From Elsinoe ampelina (taxonomy: Eukaryota): a DNA stretch of 64,000 nt. The stretch covers positions 568,551 to 632,550 of the forward strand of contig ML992506.1 of the NCBI GenBank assembly GCA_010093995.1. Reading direction: 5' to 3'. Position 1 is the first letter of the stretch; each line of letters opens with the position of its first letter. The translations under genes were made by a program, and so were the position numbers. Shown one piece after another: positions 25,728 to 39,447 of the stretch. A model generated the notes under the pieces. That model was not told the origin of the DNA. It saw nothing but the letters and a program-made list of their open reading frames with translations, and did not search any database.

Positions 25728-28700
25728 ATGGGACGGATATGCTACTGCGGCAGCCACGGTGAAGGTATTGCTGGGTGTACTTGGGAGCAAGCGAGTAATG
25801 TAACGTAGTCCGGAGCTTCACCTGTGGGTAAGGTGACTGAAGTCCAGACTTGGAGTGCAGATCTTCCGACTGAGCGGTCGAACTGGCGATTGTGCTTTGT
25901 TGGAGGAATGTGAAGATTTCAAATAGAAGCCTGCACGAATAGTAAGCTCCTGCGTGGTTCGCATGGGGATTGGGCACTTACTCGTCACCAATGAGATGCT
26001 CAAGCAAGTAGTTCCTGCGGTCGGTGTGCAAGGTAGACGAGTCCAGGCTGAGGAATGTCGGTGGCACAGAGTCGGGGAGGGCGAAGGTAGTGATTGATTC
26101 GCTGGGACTGAACGGTGGATGTCCGAACGAGAGGGGAACTGGGTGTGGTCTGGCACGCGTCGCGGTGAGCGTTCAGGCAAGGCCAACGAGGAATGCAAGT
26201 TGATGCGAAGCGTAAGTGACAACTGCCGCAAACGGGGCAGATGGTATAATGGTCTGAACGTGAACAATGAAAGCGAGGGGCCGTTGGACGGTCAGGTTCG
26301 GCTGTGAGTGGTTCACGGGGAGTGGCGATCCTTTGTTTAAGGTCCGACGTGAGGATGGCTGCTGTCAATGTCCTGGTCGTTGGTGCTGGGGAACGGATGG
26401 TGGTAGCGTGGGTGGAGGGTGAGGGCAGGTGGGCTGATCACGGTCCAGTCCCTCCGTGGCCAACGGGCGGACTTTGAAGCTGATATGTATGAGGGACAAC
26501 GGTGTGCAGGGCAGGTCAGATCCGGTAGGAAAACGACTAGCGAAGACGTGAATGGTCGCGCTAAGGAGAGGCGGGAATCCTAAGCACAGATTGTGTCCTA
26601 GGAGGGGAGAGCAAAAGCACAGATGCACAGAGGCTCGGACAGCGGTCCTTGGGTGCGTGATGGTGAATTCTGGATCGCGTCGGAGTGAGCCCGGAGCCAG
26701 GGAGTGGCAGCGAAGAAGAGTCAGGGAGGGGGGGAGCAGTGTAAACGAGGGAGGCCCATGACGATCGAGACGAAACAATAAGATATCTAACTCTGGTCTC
26801 TGACTCTCATCTCGACCGACTCGACCCTTGGACCGGACGAGCAACTAGCACGCATGGGGCCCGACCAACAATTGCGAAAAATGATGCTCCGCAAAGGGCT
26901 CCCATTGGTGTGGCCTATTGGTACTGCCCTTGACTCGTGGGCCTCGGGGGCCATTTGGGCACAAGACAGGTGCCAGAAATACACATCCTGGAGCAGCCGA
27001 ATGGCGCGGGGGCTACGAGACCTTGAGCAGGTCTGAACGAGATGGCTTGGAGGCGCTTGCATGATGAGATGCATGGTGCCGTGATGGTGGAAGGTGAATA
27101 GACAGATGGGGCTTGCGGCACGAGCGCCTCTGGGACGAGAAGAGTCAAGGAAACGAGTCAGAACATGCACTCGCTTCCGCACTTGGTCCCGCGCTAATGC
27201 TGCAGCTTCGCATAGCTGGGTTTCTGATTGGCCGCGCACTTTACAGGCCATGCGTGCCATCACCCATGCAGCCTCAACCTCAGATCTGATCCAAGCGTGC
27301 GGATGGCGGAACAAGCGTTGTCCGTTTGGCGGTCGCGCGCTAGCGGAACAACCCGGCAGCTCGTTCGAGACCTTTGCTCGAGGATAATATGGCACTCGCC
27401 GAGCAGAGGTAAGACCTGGACCGTGGGCAGAAGCAGAAGACCTGAGACGGCCGTCAACAACGGGCGCAGACTTGGTCGATCAGAGACAAGAAAGCGACCG
27501 CTGTGCAGGGCTGACACAATCGACTGTCGCAGCAGCATCTGCATCGAATGCACCGACAAAGCAACAACAGTGATGAGGGGAGATCCTCCGTCGCAGCAGC
27601 TGCCCAAGGAAGAATTCGATCCCGTACGGCAACGTCAAAGTTTGGGTCTAGCAGTCCTCCCGCTGTTGGGTAAGGTGGAGCAAACTTCCGAGCGAGGACA
27701 AACAGGAAATGGAAATGATACCTGGGCTCCCTCTCCACATGGCTCGTGGGTGGGCGGTCGAGTCGCTTTGGCAATCTCTGTCGATCCACGTCAATCACGC
27801 CAAACCCAAATTTGGCCGCATGGGCGTCTGCACGGGCTCGACCTCCTCTCCAATGCCATCACTTTTGGACCATTCTACTTTCCTTATTCGTCCATCAGAA
27901 CCGTATCTAGCTACTCTGCCTGCTCCCCAGTCCTCGGCTGACCTGGTCGTGCCACCTCATCGAGCAGTATCACGCCGCTCCGTGGCAGACGGCTCGTGAG
28001 CGAACCCTGCAGCTGGCGCGGCCGACTGGCTCTTACCCAGCAGTTCGGAATACCTCGGTGTACAGTAGGTCGCGCAAGACGCACAGACGGACGATGGTCG
28101 TTCAGCCTGAGATGCATCATCCACGGGAACGTGACGATGGGCGGGATTTCTGGCGAAACGTGGAAATTTGGATCGAAAAGAGACCCCGGCAGACAGCATG
28201 TCAAACCGAACCGTTTGAAAAGCGCAAAGGGTGTTAAGCGATGGTCGGTGTCGCCTACCACATCCTTCTTCCCAAAGACAGGACCATGTGTATAATCCGG
28301 TCAGGAGCAATAGCATTCCCTGCCGGACGTTTGACGGCGGGAAATCTTGCAAGCGCTTGTGGCCGCATCGATCGTGCCACTCTCGCCATCTCACGGTGCG
28401 GCACAATCATCACAATTTCACACCCACACCAAGCGAATCTAGGGTTTGATACGCTTGACTAGCATGAAGGAAGGAAGGAGTGTGTAATTGCACGGCGGCA
28501 ACCATTCCAGATAGGCAGCCTGCTAAGAGCGACAGGGCTAACATCGACCAAGATACAGGGAAAGACCATTTTCCATGTGCGGATGGCTTGGAACTGCCCT
28601 GTAGATTGCGACGGCAGGCAGACGCCCGCCATCTTCCTGAAATGCAGACACACTGTAACTTGCCCCTGGGCTGGGGTACTGTTCTGTAGCCGTCCCTGGG

Positions 28701-31700
28701 GTGAGGTCGCACGGGGCTGACGATACAGAGATCTGTGCGGCCGGCAAGCGTAACGATACGTGAAATGGGAACGCCACAAAAGTACAGACAAGCCAAAACG
28801 AAAAGCCATTGCGTTGCTGGTGCCAATGTGCCGGCGTCAGGGTGCTGGACGACAGACGGGCAATATCAAAACTCTGTTTTTTCCATCCAAGCGTTGACCT
28901 GTCAGCCAGCACACCGCAATCTTGCTATTCTGCCAATGTGAAAGGCAATCAGGTCATCTCGCAAGCTCGCACCAAACGCAGCATGAGGCACAGGGAGCAA
29001 GCTAGCTGGCTAAACGAAGTGTGCTCAAAACCGATTTCAATTCTCTTGACTCGACCGGCTCCGACGTCCAGCCAATGGCGAGCATCGACAAGCGAGAAAA
29101 CGCCAGAAGCGGTTGGCGCCGTAGTTAGTGCCGGCAGCGCTCCGCGCGCTTTTCACACACAGCGAAACAACAATGTGCTTTGCCCTTGCTGGGCAGAGCT
29201 TGTTGTCATCATCGGAGAGACCACAAGCCTGTGCAGACAGGAACCTGCTTCAGCGGTCACTTCGCCCTCACCGACTCGCGCAGCATGCTCTCACTAGTCA
29301 CTGTGTCAGTCATGATTGCCTTCTGACCGTTACAGCTCTGCTGCCCGGTCGAGCATCCGAAAAAACGTGTCCGCCCGATTCTCGTCCATAGCACCCCCCC
29401 TATGCTCATACGGCCGTACGCGACTGCCCCCCCTCCAGACAAGTTCGTTGCGAGCGGATTCTCCAGCTAGCCGCAACCTCATCGTTTGGAAGAATACAGC
29501 AACTTCTCCAACGTCGTCCGCGCGTAGCTTTCGCGTGACCTTCGGGGCATCCGGTATGCATAATCCAGTCAAAGCGTAGCCTTGGGTGGGTACCACAGGA
29601 CGTTTGTCCACCTCAGACGCCCATCATCGTTCACGGGTTTGACAGCGGTGACGGCGTGCACCTTGTGGCTCATGGGCCCTGCCACTTTGGAGGAGGCGGC
29701 AGCACTGCAGCTGCCACCTTTTGCTCCCGGGTCGTCTCTCCCAAAGCATGGCAGCCTTCAACTGTGGATCGAGTCGCCAAATGGCTTTTTGGGGCAGCAA
29801 GCCAGACCCAGTCTGTTGGGAACCCCCACCCACGCTTTTATCGCAGGCCTACAGTACGGAGGCAACCCCGCACAGAGCTGATCAGCAATGGCGACCACGC
29901 GAGCAAATCTCTTGGCTTGGTGAGCTCCACTCTACAATCTGCGGGCAGGGAGAGCCGGCGTGCAGCCAATTTGGGCAAGGTCCAGCTCACTCGTCGATCA
30001 ATGAAACGTCCTATGCACGTTCTAGCCTCCCTTTCATCTCGTCTTGCTATACTGCGATCGGTTGGGTTCGATAAACAGCTGCTCGAATCTACGATGAGCT
30101 TGGCACTTGCAATGCAGGCTGGCAAGTGCCGCCGTTGACAAGATTGGTTCACTATCTCGAGGTCAGCGGACCTCTACCTGCGGTTGGGGTCATATACTTT
30201 TCGCCTGCTAGTCTTCGGTCTTGCTTCTCCAATCAAAACGCAAGGCCTCGGATCAGGTCGGTCGTTTCTCCATAGTCTCAGTGACCTGCAGCTGGCAAGG
30301 CAGAGATGGCTTTTCCCAATGCCGTGGGCCTGGCGGGCAAGGGACTGGTGATCACTTTGTGACGACAAGTCTCCATTAGAGCCATGTGCTTCGCCAAACC
30401 ATGACCAATGACCGTGACCAAATCTCATTCTCCCCGCCTGTATCGTTGGCAACCATGAATCGCAGACAATAGCGTGCTCGACAAGAGCCTCCTGCATGTT
30501 CGTGTAATAACATCACGAGGCACGCAAATCTCCGATTGACTCTTTGAACCTTCTGGATACTGCAGACCGACTCAGTCCAGCCCACAGCAAAAGCAAAGAA
30601 ACGGGTGACAGACCACCCATGCCGCCGGGGTCTGCAAATCTCAATTTAGCACACACTATCCACAACGCACCAGCCATCACGGATCCCAGCAGCGCATCAC
30701 CACGGAATCGCACATGGGCGGTTCGGGGAGCTCGTGGAAGTGCAGCAGATCGACACCGCCGTGGCGCACTGTCAAAAGCCGTTGCTCTTCTCAGCTCGCA
30801 TGAACCCTGCTAAAGCAGCCACGAAGTCGGTTCCCTTCCCATCTGGCCCACGTCGATCTCCCACCTTTCCCCTCGACTTCATCTACTATCCGTGCGCATC
30901 TTTCCCGTGCTCTGCTCATCGCCTGATCAGGTAGGCACTTTTGCGTTGCGCTACCCAAGATCCCATCTGGGCAGCTACAGTAATGCATCTCCGTCACTTA
31001 CTCAGGTACTGCTCTAGCCATGGCCATTTCTTTGCAAATCGACTTCCGTGTCGATGCCAGGCTTTCTACCCTAATTAACATGCCGAGTCAAAGCTGATCG
31101 TCTCTCTCGTTTCGAGACAAGGATAATTGCATGATCTCCAAGGGGTGAACAACGTGGACCTGCTCCAGCATCACGGATACCGAAGCACGGATACAGCCAA
31201 CGCCATCACATCCCAGACGCGTGGGACATCCCAACACCCACCCGACGGACGGGTTCCGTATACGGATTGGTGTATCCCCCAGAGCCTTGCATACAGTAGT
31301 GGCCTCCTCACAACTTGCTTGATTCAATCTATTTGACTTCCTGCGAGGCGAGATGTCATTGCGCTATAGTTGCAAAGGTTTTTGCACCGATACCAAGGAA
31401 CGTTGCCCCTATTTTCGGCTTCGTGGACGCTGCTCCTGTCGTTGACATGACCAGCATCATGCCATCGCACATGCATGCCTATACGAGTGCTCAGTCTGAC
31501 TGCATGCGCTGGGATGTTGCAGGGTCTGCCTTTTCGGCGTTCTGCACGGTCAACGTCAATGTGGACTTGCACAACCTGCACTCCTGGATTTCTGCTGCCT
31601 TTACATGGACCATGCTTCTTCCTCGCATATTCTCGCTGCATCTCCCGTGTGCGATTGAAAACGACAACGCCTTTGGCTTGCTGCTTGGCAATTGCCCTTG

Positions 31701-32585
31701 GCTGTGCGTCTTTCTCTTGTCTCATCGAAGCAAGTCTGCCAGTGAACGTCTGCTGCCATTTGCACTCAAGCTCTGAGGCGCAAGCTTGATCCGAGACAAG
31801 ATCGGACCTCTATCTTCATGCGCAGCATTTGCAGGCAAGCTGGTAAGGACTCTCCACTTTCACTTCAATGCCCAATCCGCAGATGCCCAAATGCACTTCT
31901 CCTTCGATACTTGTCGCGTTGAAAGATAGTTCAAGCTTGCTATACCTTCTCCAAGTTTTCTACCATTGCAGATGTCAAGCAACCATCATGAGGACATGTG
32001 GAGATGAGGTCTCAGTACTGCCACAAAACCGTTCACGAATTGGCGAGGATCTGACCCGAAACATCTCCTCAAGCGCCCCAAGATTCAACGGAAGGAACTT
32101 CAGCTGCGAGCTGGTGTGAGCCCCGTCTCACATCCTCAGGCAAGCACGAGGCTGCGCCTGCTACAGTCAACACAAGGTACCTTTTTCCCATTTCTATAAT
32201 ATTGATCTCGCGCAATCATCGATTGTCGACAAACAACATCATCACTAGAAGGTACTTCACAGTCTATTGATTCATTTCCCGAACGGTGGAACGTTTGAGC
32301 TTATCCACGAACCTGTTCATCAAAGACCCTGATCCCCACCTACGACCTCGCTCCTACAACCTCACGTTTGAATAGGTGAGTCGAGATCTGGGCGATTGTA
32401 CAGAAGCACCAATTGACAATAATTAGATACCGTTTGGCAAGATAGAGACTCCAACAACCGGAACATCTACACCCTTCATCGCCTATCCTACACCAACAGC
32501 TTCCATAGCAGGACAACAAGCACTCGTAGATCCTCGACAACTATCCCGGATTGTGACAGTCCCATCACATCGACCTGCAAACATC

Positions 32586-33282
32586 ATGGCCGTCCCTACC
32601 ACCGGCCAATGGACTGCAGGAATCTGTGATTGTGGTGTAAGTGCTCCTTCCATCACCCTGTTTCAAGCAGCACGATTCCTCGCCACACTCTGACTCTCCC
32701 TTCGACTACCCTCGAACTGTCTAGCGCAACCACTAACAATCACCAGGGCTGCGGTCCCTGCATGGGAGCTTTCTTCTGCTACTCCTGCTTGTACGGCCGC
32801 GTCGTCCATCGCAACAAGCACTTCCCCCGTACTCCCGAGGAGACCAGCTTCTCGTACGTCAACAGCGACTGCCTCATCATGACTCTCGTCAACTACGTCA
32901 CTGGCGGCTGCGGTTGGATCCTGCAATTTCTGAAGCGCACCGAGCAGAGGGAGAGATTCGGCATCGAGGGTAAGTTCTCAGTTGCCTCTCTACCCGACCA
33001 CAGCTTCCCCTCTACGGACCAAGCATGGAAAGGACTGCATGACGCGGCATTGACTGACTCTTCCCAGGCTCAGGACTTAACGACTGCTGCTGCACCTTCT
33101 GCTGCTCTCCCTGCACCTTGGCTCAGGCAAACTTGGACCTGAAGACGAGGGCAGAAGGCGCCAGGCTCCTTGATCAGAATGGTGCTCCCGCCCAGACGTA
33201 CGAGAAGCAGGAAACTGGCATGGTGTATCAGCCTCCTGCTGCGCCGGTTGAGGTGCAGCATGTGCATGAGGAGAAGCACTAA
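32586..33282 (+). CDS. PLAC8-family cysteine-rich protein
   Basis: MAVPTTGQWTAGICDCG / GCGPCMGAFFCYSCLYGR..RERFGIEG / SGLNDCCCTFCCSPCTLAQ; introns 32637-32746 and 32970-33067. Confidence 0.9.
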
Positions 33283-33869
33283 GTGGTTTCCTTCCGAGGT
33301 TCTTGCGGGTAGGGGGTGGCGTTGTTTCATCGGCACTGGAGTCGGTGCTAGCAGGGCTCAAAGAGGGCGTTTAGGGATTTGATTGTGTTGTTTTCTGGCT
33401 CGATATCCATTTGTAGTCTGGTACGGATCGCACTAATTTTCTCCTCTCTCATGCTTGTTTGGTGCTCAGCGTGAATTTGATTCGATGTGATGGCCGTGAC
33501 TGTCATGGTGATTGTATCTACATGTGCCTCGTCATACCTCGATGATATGCATCCGACCATTCTGCGATATATCCCTGAGCTCTGAGTGGCTGATCGTCAT
33601 CCATGTCTCGCGTCTCTTCGGGAACATCGTCTGACCTGAGCAGTATCGACAGCGAAGATATAAAGGCAGCGCTTTTGCGAACTCCACCGGCAGAATAGTG
33701 GATTGCTTCCATCTCATCTGGGAGTCGATTCTGCCAAGTCCAACTGAGATGCCTGCTCTCCCCCGGGCAGCCCTCTGCCAACCCGGCAAGCCCAGCCAAT
33801 CTCTCCTCCATCCCATCACGACATGCCCCACCCACCACTAGCACCCGAACCATGCTCCTCCGAGGACAT

Positions 33870-35959
33870 CTACTTCATCAACTTCCCCACCGCCCACCCC
33901 ACGTTCAAACCTCTCAAATCCCCATAATGCTGCCCCACCCCCAGAAACACCACGGGAATCCCGGTAGCATGCACCATACTAACCAACGTCCCAACCATAT
34001 CCCCGACCGTATCACACTTGCTGATGATGAACCCATCCAGACCCCTCCCCCTCCCCTTGGCGTCGACAAACTGCGCGCTGAAATTCCTCGCCTGCGCCAC
34101 GCTGTCCGTCCCCACTAACGCCTCCCCGACCATGAAGATCTTGTCCGGGTTCGCCAGCTGGCCGAACTTGGTCAACGACGACATGAGACGCGTGTCGTTG
34201 TGGCGTCGCCCCGCCGTGTCGATGAGGACGACGTCGAAGCGCTTCTGCCCCGTCGTCGTCGGGTCCGTCTCGGAAGCGTACGCCACCGCGTCCCGGGCGA
34301 TGACGGCCGCGTCTTTGCCGTAGCCCTTTTCGAAGAGCTCCACGTGCCCGACTTGTTCGCGGCGCGAGAGCTCGGAGAGGTTGCGCACGTGCACGCGGAG
34401 TTGCTCCACGGCGCCGGAGCGGAAGGTGTCGGCTGCGCAGATGAGGACGCGGTACGAGTTTTGCAGGAGGAAGTAAGCTAGTTTGGAAAGGTTGGTGGAT
34501 TTGCCGACGCCGTTGACGCCGACGATGGAGATTACGTAGGGGCGCGGGGAGGTGGGGGAGGTGATGGTTGTGTTGATGCTGCGGAGGAGGTCGAGGGAGG
34601 TGGTGGGGGTGAGGATTTTGGTGAGGGCGCGTTGGAGGGAGGTTTGTAGGGTGGCGTCGATGGCTGGGAGTGTTAGCAGGAAACGACAACGGACACGGAA
34701 ACGGAGGAAGGCTTACAGGTGAAGTTGGCGGTTTTGGTGCCGACGAGGTCGCGTTCGACGCTCTCGCAGAGTCGGACGGCGGCCTCGCGGGCAACATTCT
34801 TCTTGAGGAGGTGGTCTTCGAGTCCTTTCAGGGGCTTCTCTAGGTCTTGCTTTGTGAGGGTCTTGCCACCGACAATGTTCTTGAAGTATCCGCTAATAGC
34901 GCCGACGCTGCTTCCAAGAAGACCTCCTCGGCTTGTATCGTCCGACTTTGCTGTTTGTTGCTCTTTGCTCTCCTTGATTATAGCGTCGACTTCGTCATCC
35001 AGGTCCTTGAGGACAAACATACCCTTACTTCGGCTGCCCATGTCCTCTGCTTTGATATCATCGACCCCGAAGGCCTCGTTCTGGTCGAGCTCGCCGTCTG
35101 GTGTCGCGACTGAGTAGTCCAGCTCCTCATCATCATCATCCTGTGCGAATCCGTCCGTGTCCCACCTCCGCTTTGCTTTGCCCTTGCTCTTCACGCTTCT
35201 CTTGCTCGCCGAGCTCTCGTCTCCCGAACTCATGGGTGCGCTTGTCGCCCCTCCTAGTGCCTTCTTTGCTCGTCGACTCATACGTCCTCCTGGTCCGCTT
35301 TTCGCCATCAGCAAGTGCTGATTTGTCACGGCTGGAGAGCTAGGCCGCGAAGTCTCTGGCGTGCCGACAGGCGTGGCGTCTGCAGAGCTGATATCTGACA
35401 TGATGTTTCTTGGTGTGATCTTCTTCAGACCCGGTACAGGAGGAGGTGCATCTTCTTTGCCATCTTCCGTCCCTCCTGAACTCGAGGGTGGAGTGAGCTG
35501 CGTTTCCGACAAGGATTCCGAGTCGCTTGGTCGAGTCGCATCGTTGCCGGCATTCGCGTCAAGCTTGGTGACGAGCGCGTCGAATGTAGGTGTGAATCGT
35601 GAGTAGTCTTGTGTCGACTTGTTTGGCTTCTTCAATTGCGCGCTGAACTCCTTTATAAAGAGACCCCGCACTACATCTAGAAGTTGGTCCACCCATGATA
35701 GGGACAGCAGCGATTGATAGACGGCGACAAAGATGAGACCAATGTCCTTTGCAGTTGTGAACTTCAGGGTATACTTCTCTTTCTTGTAAGGAGGATTTCG
35801 TGACGAGGGTCCGTCTGATGTATGTGATTTTGAGGGAAGTTTCTCTTCGATAAAGACATCGTTGATGAGAGCATTTATGATGTTGGAGCTCACTGGGATA
35901 TAGGATTTCGACCAGAGTACAACACCAGAGGTGGTCAATATCTCGAAAGAGTCCAACAT
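33870..35959 (-). CDS. SRP101: Signal recognition particle receptor alpha subunit
   Basis: MLDSFEILTTSGVVLW longin start; GTPase motifs GVNGVGKST, DTFRSGAVEQL, DTAGR and SKCD; one intron near 34717-34665. Confidence 0.96.
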
Positions 35960-36239
35960 GACGCAGACTCGAGATATCGGATTGACAGTGCTGTATGCGA
36001 CAAGCAAGTAATTCCAAGAGGGGTGGTGAGTCGAGGGACATGTGGCATGACGTTTTGGCGGTGGAAACGACGGCCCGAGCAGCCGAAGCTCTATACTTCT
36101 TTCACATTCAGGGACACATGGCTTCGTCAATAATCAGGCAGACAGCACCTTGGAATACACACACGCTCACCGCGCGTTCAAGCACATCATATCCTTCCAA
36201 TTCAATACCGCGGCCACTAGCAGGAAGTCATCGGACAAC

Positions 36240-37432
36240 ATGCAACGCGGTCCCTACTCTGCGGTACCGCCCGCACACTCACCTCCCTTACACCATCCAG
36301 TCCCACAACATGTTTCGACAGTACCTCAATTAAGATCGCCGCCTCCTCCGTCACAATCGCAACCATCGCAAGGTGGCTATGGCTATTCTCCGCAACAACA
36401 TCAACAGCAAGGCGGCATGGGAGGAGGAATGGGTGGGAACTACATGCATCCAGCATTCAATGGCTTCATGAGTGACCCCACAGCACAAGTTGGACTACAG
36501 ATGGGCAAGAGTGCAGTCATGGCAGGGCAGGAATATATGGAGCAGAACGTGCGTCTCAGATTCATCGAGCTATGCATATGCTCCAGATCTTGTACTAATC
36601 TTCAAAGTTCAATCGCTACATCCCTGTTTCCGCCCTCAAGCACTACTTTAACGTTTCAAATCGCTACGTCCTCAGCAAACTCCTCATAGTCCTCCTCCCA
36701 TGGCGGCATAGACCCTGGTCACGAACCCAATCCCCTCAAACCTCCGCAGCAGGTGGCCCGCTCTTCCTCCCACCACGAGAAGATGTCAACTCTCCAGATA
36801 TGTACATCCCTGCCATGGCATTCGTAACATACATCCTCCTCTCCACCCTCCTCGCCGGTCTTCGAGGCGCTTTCCGCCCCGAGCTACTCGGTCTGACAGC
36901 CACCAACGCCTTTGCCGTGGTAGCCATCGAGCTGCTCCTGTTGAAGCTTGGCACCTATCTCCTGAACATCAGTAACGAAAGCCAATGGCTCGATCTTGTA
37001 GCTTACTCGGGGTACAAGTTCGTCGGTGTCATTGCCACAATAGCCATCAGCGGCATCGCCACGGGAGGTAAAGGAACCGGCGGATGGATAGGCTGGACTA
37101 TCTTCGCTTACACTTTTCTCGCCAATGCTTTCTTCCTCGTAAGTCACCATTCCAGCCCTTCCCCACTCCTCCTTTCCTCCCCATGCTGTTCAAGATGAAT
37201 GACTAATCCCTCCCAGCTCCGATCCCTCAAATACGTCCTCCTCCCAGACAACTCCACGAACGGCCCACAGATGCAGACCATTGCACGCTCTCAACGCAAC
37301 CGACGGACACAATTCCTGTTCGTCTACTCCTACGTCGTACAATTCGCGTTCATGTGGTGGTTGAGCAGTCTCGATTCGGCACCCACAGCGGTGGTAGGGA
37401 AAGGGACGTCGGCCCGGGCGAGGGGTGTGTAA
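36240..37432 (+). CDS. YIF1: ER-Golgi transport protein Yif1/Hrf1
   Basis: PREDVNSPDMYIPAMAFVTYILL, DLVAYSGYKFVG and FFL/LRSLKYVLLP; two introns. Confidence 0.93.
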
Positions 37433-38072
37433 GGCACACGCACTTGACGTATCACGGTACACGCCGAGCCAGGGTTGCATCAAAGGCCAGGAGGAGATGA
37501 TGGATGGGATTGTACCTAGCGTGGCTGACATGGATGAGACGGAAAATGTATGATGATATTCTCGACTCAGTTCAGACTGTCAACGTCATTCATGCGAGAT
37601 GCGTGAAATAGGCTATTTGACTGACGATACGGTCGCATCCAGTCGGTCCGAATTGTGCAGGAGCAGAGGTTGATGGAGTGATCAATGGCATCTATCCGCC
37701 TTTTGTAATGTCGCCGCGTGCCGGGATATCTAGGACTAAAAATTATAGGTGTATGTACATGAATCGCCGTTTTTTTGAGCCGGCGTGTGCCACTTCTCAG
37801 GCTACTGTGGCTGCTTCTGCTGACTCTACTGATGACTCTCTTCTGCCGTTCTCTTCCGCTGGTCTTTGGTAGAGGCTGTCTCTGATCCCTTCCACAGCTC
37901 TTCCGAGGCTGGCCGCCATCGAAGACTTTTGTCGACTCTGGTATCATCAGCGGACCCACTGTCTGGTTGACCGTACCGAGTACCGCGAGTCTGATATCGC
38001 CATGATGCTGCGAAGCCGCCGAACCTCGTGGTCCTGACGGTCGGGTGTGATCTTTCCCCTTCTCGTGCCCGA

Positions 38073-39447
38073 TCACCACTGAGCCGTCGTTATAAAATTA
38101 ATACTCTGCACGCTGGTCCTCCGCGGTGCGCTCATGATCTGCTGAGCCCTCCTCTTCTCCCAACCCTCTGCCGTTTGATACTGCACGTCCCAGGTCGTGA
38201 ACGTCTCTATGCCCTCGGACATGGTGCTCCCATTCCGTTCCGTCACGGGTGGACCCCGGAAAACGCTCGCCCAGTGCTGGTTTTCCAGGTCCGGGCGGAA
38301 CGCTAGATGTTGGCGTCCTTCGCTGCGTTTGGCGAAGGTGTCGAAGATACTGTATGCGCCGAGTGTGCGGACTTGTGTCGCTATCGACCGGAGGGCCGTG
38401 GCTGCGGCGTTTTTGGTGGACATGCGTTCGGAGCGGCCGTATTCGTTGCCGACGATCTCGGCGATGCCGCCGGTGTTGAAGCGGCGGACGAAGGTGCGGA
38501 GGCAGGGTGTGGTGGCGAGGATGAGGGAGTAGCACATGAGGGCTTCTTGGAAGACTAGGTTTTTGACAATGCCGATGTTGTCGGCGCGGGAGGAGAGGAA
38601 GGAGATGTAGGTTAGGATGTAGTAGATGCCGAGGGGGAAGATTCTGATATGCATTAGCGGGGACCGTAGACGGGGAGAGGTCGAGCATACGTCAATCGAA
38701 AGCCGAAACCGACATAGACAAGGATCTTGTGGTCGCGCTGTAGCTGTATGCTGGTACAGAGGTAGATGGGTAGAAAGGATACAATGAACTCGGTGATGGA
38801 CTCTCCAACTGCGACGATGTAGAGTCGAGTGTTTTGTCCTCCGCATGCAAGGCCAGGTTCGCCCGTGAGGAAGTACTCGGGCCGGCAGCCTCCACACATG
38901 ATGGCGGGCGCTGCAAAAGCCCACGCGGAGACAAAGATGATAGCGACCTTCAACGTGAGCCATGGTCCTTTCGACTCGGGTGAAAAGAGTCTCTGGACGA
39001 ATAAGAGGACAGAAATCTTGGACATCCCAAGTACTGGGAAGAGCAAGAATCGGGTGACAAAGACGAGCTGGGACGAGGAGTCAGCTTCGAGCGGGTTACA
39101 AGGTAGAGTTGGACTGACCCTTGCTACGCTGAGGAGGTCATCGGGTAGAAGCAGGAAAGCCGCCTTTCCAAGCCCTGATTGCAGACCGACGTAGATACAA
39201 ATGTGTACGACGAGGGATATGACCTGCTGACTGTCAGTATGCGCCTTTTCTCAAAGATACTTTCCACTGGACATACATAAGCGATGGCCAATACCGAATC
39301 GCATACGTCAAAGACACCCCACTTGATGACGATTCGAATGATGATCACCAGCATGCTATAAATCAGAGCCAAAAGGCTCGTTACCCATAGCCATGCCTGG
39401 TGACTGTCCGCCGTATCCTGGGCGAACCTAGACGTCGTATGCGCCAT
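38073..39447 (-). CDS. PTH11-like (fungal rhodopsin-domain) 7TM membrane protein
   Basis: SKISVLLFVQRLF, LPIYLCTSIQL..KILVYVGFGFRL and YSLILATTPCLRTF; three introns; the 3' end is approximate. Confidence 0.82.

Noticed and set aside
26787..31789. ORFs of 100-237 aa in the long intergenic tract
   Set aside because: Overlap on both strands with random-like composition and no motifs.
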